Source of the DNA: a virus
Taxonomy: Duplodnaviria > Caudoviricetes
Virus record (IMG/VR): IMGVR_UViG_3300043812_000026
Length of the DNA stretch: 64,000 bases
Reading direction: 5' to 3' (one strand)
Below, in pieces: positions 60,248 to 64,000 of this stretch (position 1 is the first letter of the stretch; each line of letters begins with the position of its first letter). Under the pieces are notes generated by a model. That model was given only the letters and a program-made list of their open reading frames with translations, made no database searches and was not told the DNA's origin. Position numbers and translations under genes: made by a program.

Positions 60248-60883
60248 TTAGTTTAAGCTTAACCCAGCATTGTTTAATTGTCTAATTAATTCTTTACCAT
60301 CTTTAGTTGCACCAATCTGATTAACAATCTGGTTTACTCGCTTATCAATTTCATTTAAGGCTTCTTCTTGTTTATCTTTAGGAATGTATCGAACAAAAAT
60401 TTCCTTTAGTGCAGTCATTTCAGACTCTTTAATTAATTGGTACTGCATAAGAGCTTCCGCAGTCAAACCTCTTGTTCTGCTACCGAAGTATTTAGCATGA
60501 AGACTTAGGGCACTCATTAATGTTTTAGGGTCAATAAATTCAGACTCCTCAATAGTTTTTATACCCTTGTCAATAATCATTTCCAAGGCTTGATCCTCAG
60601 AATATAACTTTCTTACTGGACCAGTTGCAGAGTTGCTTACTACTGGTTGTTGACTTTGACTTTTAAGTTCATTAGTTTTACCAGTAAAGCCAACAATCTT
60701 ATTACTGTCTACATCATCAATAGAATTCTTTTCTCGCTTATCCATTAACTGTTCTAATGGAATATTTTGTTCTTGTGATTCTTTAATTCTTTTCTTAAGT
60801 TTAGTAAGGTTTCCCTTAGCCATTTTATAGCCTTTGGAATTTAAATAGCGAATGATATAATCATAGCTCATTTGTTGTTCCAT
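60248..60883 (-). CDS. Helical hypothetical protein
   Basis: ORF; frame may extend upstream. Confidence 0.75.
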   Translation of the reverse strand: MEQQMSYDYIIRYLNSKGYKMAKGNLTKLKKRIKESQEQNIPLEQLMDKREKNSIDDVDSNKIVGFTGKTNELKSQSQQPVVSNSATGPVRKLYSEDQALEMIIDKGIKTIEESEFIDPKTLMSALSLHAKYFGSRTRGLTAEALMQYQLIKESEMTALKEIFVRYIPKDKQEEALNEIDKRVNQIVNQIGATKDGKELIRQLNNAGLSLN

Positions 60884-61544
60884 TAGTCCCGATAACCTTA
60901 CTAAAAATAGCCTTATTGTTATAAAGCTCTTTTAAGCTTAGTGATTTTAAGTCTGTAGCCACTCTAAGCCCTCCTAATTGATTTTAGTATAATTTATCAT
61001 GAACAAATTAAAATCGCTAAAACAGGCTCTTATAGCCTAATTTGAGCATATATAAATTGAGTTTTAACCTAGATAGGAATGTTTTAAAAATCGGTTCTTG
61101 CTTACTGTCTGTAAGTATCTTCTAATCGTAGTCCTAACTAGGCTCTGTTTATAGTTTAACTCAATAAATTTAAATATATGCTGAATTATAGCCATTTTAA
61201 GGAGTTTTAGCTGATTTTAACCCACTTAAAATAAGTACACTAAATTGTGTGTTATTCTTGGTTTTCAAAAATTAATATAGTGAACAAAAGCTAATGAAAA
61301 TGTGAATACTTTTTCTGGTACTCAAAAATTAATATAATTCTACATACAAAACTGTAGACAAAAAGGACTTTGAATAGCCTTAAAACCACTCAAAATCCCT
61401 ATGTTTAGCGTCTATGATAATTAATTAGGATTGGTAAAGAAGCACCAGTTACAAACCCTAATGCAGTAGTTAACTCTAGCATTTGCACATGAGGCAAACC
61501 TAAAACATAGCCAATCAAATAACCAGCAAATACAATACCTTGCC

Positions 61545-63035
61545 GTCAACTACCTAGCACTAAAGTACTAGGCTTGTAACTCACAATTAGTTATCTAGCT
61601 AATTAGAAGTACAAACATTATTAGTATCTAATAACTCCTTCGTAACGTGGTTACATTGGGCTGGTTGACAACAACCTCTACTATTAACATATCAGTCAAT
61701 AGCGTTAATTATTTCAAATTTAGGATTAGGATTACCAGTAATATACTGTTTCCCAAGATCATATAAGTTTATAGCACCAATCCGATCATCATTAGTCTTA
61801 AAACCGCAATGGTCACAGATATATAGGTGTAATTTATGATTACGGTTATCCTTTCTAATTTGTCCACATCTAGGACAGCGTTGGCTTGTATATTGTGCTG
61901 GCACCTCTAGTACAGTTGATCCTACTAAGTTAGCCTTATATTTTAACTTTGTTTCTAAATCATAGAATGCCCACGAATGTAAATCTCTAATATTATCCTT
62001 AGACTGCATTCTTTGTTCAAAGGAAACATCAGTTAAGTCTTCTAAGACAAATAGTGTATTTTTACCACAGTGGTCAATAAGTGTCTTCGACAAACAATGA
62101 TTAACATCATTCATCCAGCGGTTCTCTTTTTGACCTAGTTTCTTTAATTTGTGCTTAGCAGACTTAGTACCACATTTTTGCAATTGTTGTCGTAAGTATT
62201 GATACTTCTTACGTCTATAAGCAATTGTCTTACCATTAAAGAACTTAGTATTACCTTGTTCATCATAGAGAGTCATGATCTGTCGTAACCCACGATCTAT
62301 ACCAACAATATGTTGGTTATTATCCTTAGTCCAATCTAGGCACTCCCGTTCATAGGAAATATGTAAATACCATTTACCTTGATTATGAACTAACTTAGCT
62401 CCACCCAGTTTAACTTGGTCATTAATAAGAATATTAATGTAAGTTTGGTCGTAATCAACCTTAATTCTTTTGCCAATAACATTCATGGAAATTTGTGTTG
62501 CATTCTTGACAAATGAGTAATTAGATTGACGAACATAATCAGCCTGTGGTCGCTTAAAATTAATTGGTTTTTGCAACCAACCTAAGTTTCGATATTGCTT
62601 ATACCACTTACCAGTATTCTTATCTTGATAATGATAGGGATGCTGTTTTATCTGTGTTTCTACGGTTTTATATCTAGCTACCACAGTCCTAAAAGTAGAT
62701 TGAACCATCAATGAATTTAATTCACTATTAGATCGTAACGGATAGTACATTTCTTTTTGAAATTCTTTCCTATTAGGCTTGAAATAGCTATCAAAATACC
62801 ATTGACTTACAATGTTACAAACTCGTTGATATTCCTTAGATACTGCTTTAAGCATACCAGCCTGTTCTTGGGTAGGATATAGTCTAACTTTAGCAGTTAA
62901 ATTTTGTATCATATTATCACCTCTTTTCTTTAATCACTAATTATATTATACAGTTTGATTAAAGCATTGTCAAATATAAAAAAGAGATAATTCATCTCGT
63001 CACTAAAGTAACGAGTTTTCTCATCTCCTTAATTC
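61545..63035 (-). mobile_element. IS200/IS605-family (IS1341-like) tnpB-only element
   Basis: Inserted 3' of TTTAT with no duplication; end hairpins CTCGTTAC-TTTA-GTGACGAG and CCTAGTAC-TTTA-GTGCTAGG; right end GTTGAC. Confidence 0.9.
61692..62912 (-). CDS. tnpB: TnpB RNA-guided nuclease
   Basis: GIDRG, LEDL, NDDRIGA; zinc ribbon. Confidence 0.93.
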   Translation of the reverse strand: MIQNLTAKVRLYPTQEQAGMLKAVSKEYQRVCNIVSQWYFDSYFKPNRKEFQKEMYYPLRSNSELNSLMVQSTFRTVVARYKTVETQIKQHPYHYQDKNTGKWYKQYRNLGWLQKPINFKRPQADYVRQSNYSFVKNATQISMNVIGKRIKVDYDQTYINILINDQVKLGGAKLVHNQGKWYLHISYERECLDWTKDNNQHIVGIDRGLRQIMTLYDEQGNTKFFNGKTIAYRRKKYQYLRQQLQKCGTKSAKHKLKKLGQKENRWMNDVNHCLSKTLIDHCGKNTLFVLEDLTDVSFEQRMQSKDNIRDLHSWAFYDLETKLKYKANLVGSTVLEVPAQYTSQRCPRCGQIRKDNRNHKLHLYICDHCGFKTNDDRIGAINLYDLGKQYITGNPNPKFEIINAID

Positions 63036-63113
63036 ATAAAAAGCTATAAACAACCGTCATTATAAGGGTCATTAACAACCAATTATTAATTAGCTTTTTC
63101 ATCTGCGATTACC

Positions 63114-63449
63114 TTATTTCTTAGCTGTAGTAGTTGTCTTTTTAGCTGATGTTCTAGTAACTTTCTTAGTTGCTGTCTTCTTAGGCTTAGGTTCTTCTTT
63201 CTTTAAGGGCAAGAATCCCCACTCAGTATCATAAATCCCATGTTCTACGACTTTAACATTCTTAAAATCTGCTGTTAATTGTACAGTATAGGACTTGATA
63301 ACACCAGTATTAGGTTCTTTAACTCTGAAAGTAGGCAAACCATTAAGGCGATTGTATTCTTGGTCCTTAGCTCTAACTTCATACTGCTTAAAAGCCAAGC
63401 TGTCAATCAATTCATATGTTTTCTTTTCAACAATCCGTTTATTAATCAT
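63114..63449 (-). CDS. Hypothetical protein with basic K/T tail
   Basis: AGGAG RBS. Confidence 0.75.
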   Translation of the reverse strand: MINKRIVEKKTYELIDSLAFKQYEVRAKDQEYNRLNGLPTFRVKEPNTGVIKSYTVQLTADFKNVKVVEHGIYDTEWGFLPLKKEEPKPKKTATKKVTRTSAKKTTTTAKK

Positions 63450-63451
63450 TT

Positions 63452-63985
63452 TTATCTCTCCTTGTATTTACGTCTAATATTTTCTTGCTTATTCTCGTGT
63501 AATTGTACCTTACGGGACACCTTTTTCTTACCTATTTTGCGTCCTTTACCGTAACCGGGGTTTTTATGAGTAACTCTGCTATCCAGAGAGTCATGAATAT
63601 TAAAAAAGTCACGTGAAGTGGTACGATAGCGATAATTATACATAATTGTAATATAGTTTTCAGATAAGACCTGTGCAGTAATGTAAAGTTTACCATTAAT
63701 CATTGCCCCAGTCCTTACTTGGTATATTTCAGTAGTGGTTGAAATAGTACCTTTCTGATCTATCTTTTTTAGCTGTAGTAGTTTTAAGTCAATCTTTTCA
63801 TACCTAGAGACCAATTCCAGACCATACTTTTCTGCGTTGTATAGGTCCTTTTTACTGGCTTTATTAATCTTAGTAAAGAAACCCTCTAAGTAATATCCTC
63901 TTTTACTATTTAAAAACCCTGCGCCGGTTAGCGACAGACCTTTGATGCCACTTTCGTTTTTCTGCTTTGCTATGAAACTCACCAC
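63452..63985 (-). CDS. Basic hypothetical protein
   Basis: ORF with AGGTGG RBS. Confidence 0.7.
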   Translation of the reverse strand: MVSFIAKQKNESGIKGLSLTGAGFLNSKRGYYLEGFFTKINKASKKDLYNAEKYGLELVSRYEKIDLKLLQLKKIDQKGTISTTTEIYQVRTGAMINGKLYITAQVLSENYITIMYNYRYRTTSRDFFNIHDSLDSRVTHKNPGYGKGRKIGKKKVSRKVQLHENKQENIRRKYKER

Positions 63986-64000
63986 CTGTTGTAGTATCGT

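Larger units (their letters stand above)
61405..63102 (-). pseudogene. 68-aa membrane protein gene split by an IS
   Basis: 63102-63036 plus 61544-61405 join in frame: MKKLINNW..YSFL-W-QGIVFAG..NYHRR. Confidence 0.8.

Overview
This is a 64-kb, AT-rich segment of a large lytic Herelleviridae-type (SPO1/Twort-like) phage. The host is probably a lactobacillus, inferred from the lysin, LysM and TnpB types. Left part, minus strand: 5' end of the major capsid gene, scaffold-like protein, prohead protease, portal, intron-split terminase, homing endonucleases, collagen fibre genes including a GH66 dextranase, endolysin, a tRNA operon and RNase H genes. Middle, plus strand: NrdH, nucleoside salvage genes, an ncRNA/pseudo-tRNA cluster, SbcD nuclease, helicase, and a family A DNA polymerase interrupted by an intein and two tandem group I introns. 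Right part, minus strand: an early/host-takeover array of small genes behind repeated promoters. Three transposase-less TnpB elements are present. The most novel-looking signals are: (1) a tRNA-operon transcript packed with hairpins and a tRNA shell whose loops are antisense to SD/start-codon regions, with three exact 14-15 nt matches over start codons of this phage's own genes; (2) twin mini-introns around a 10-nt micro-exon in polA motif B; (3) a promoter-driven orphan TnpB omegaRNA whose guide seed matches the early promoter repeat; (4) a roughly 450-nt structured RNA leading into a purine tract and RNase H genes. All alignments and folds were done by eye and need computational confirmation.
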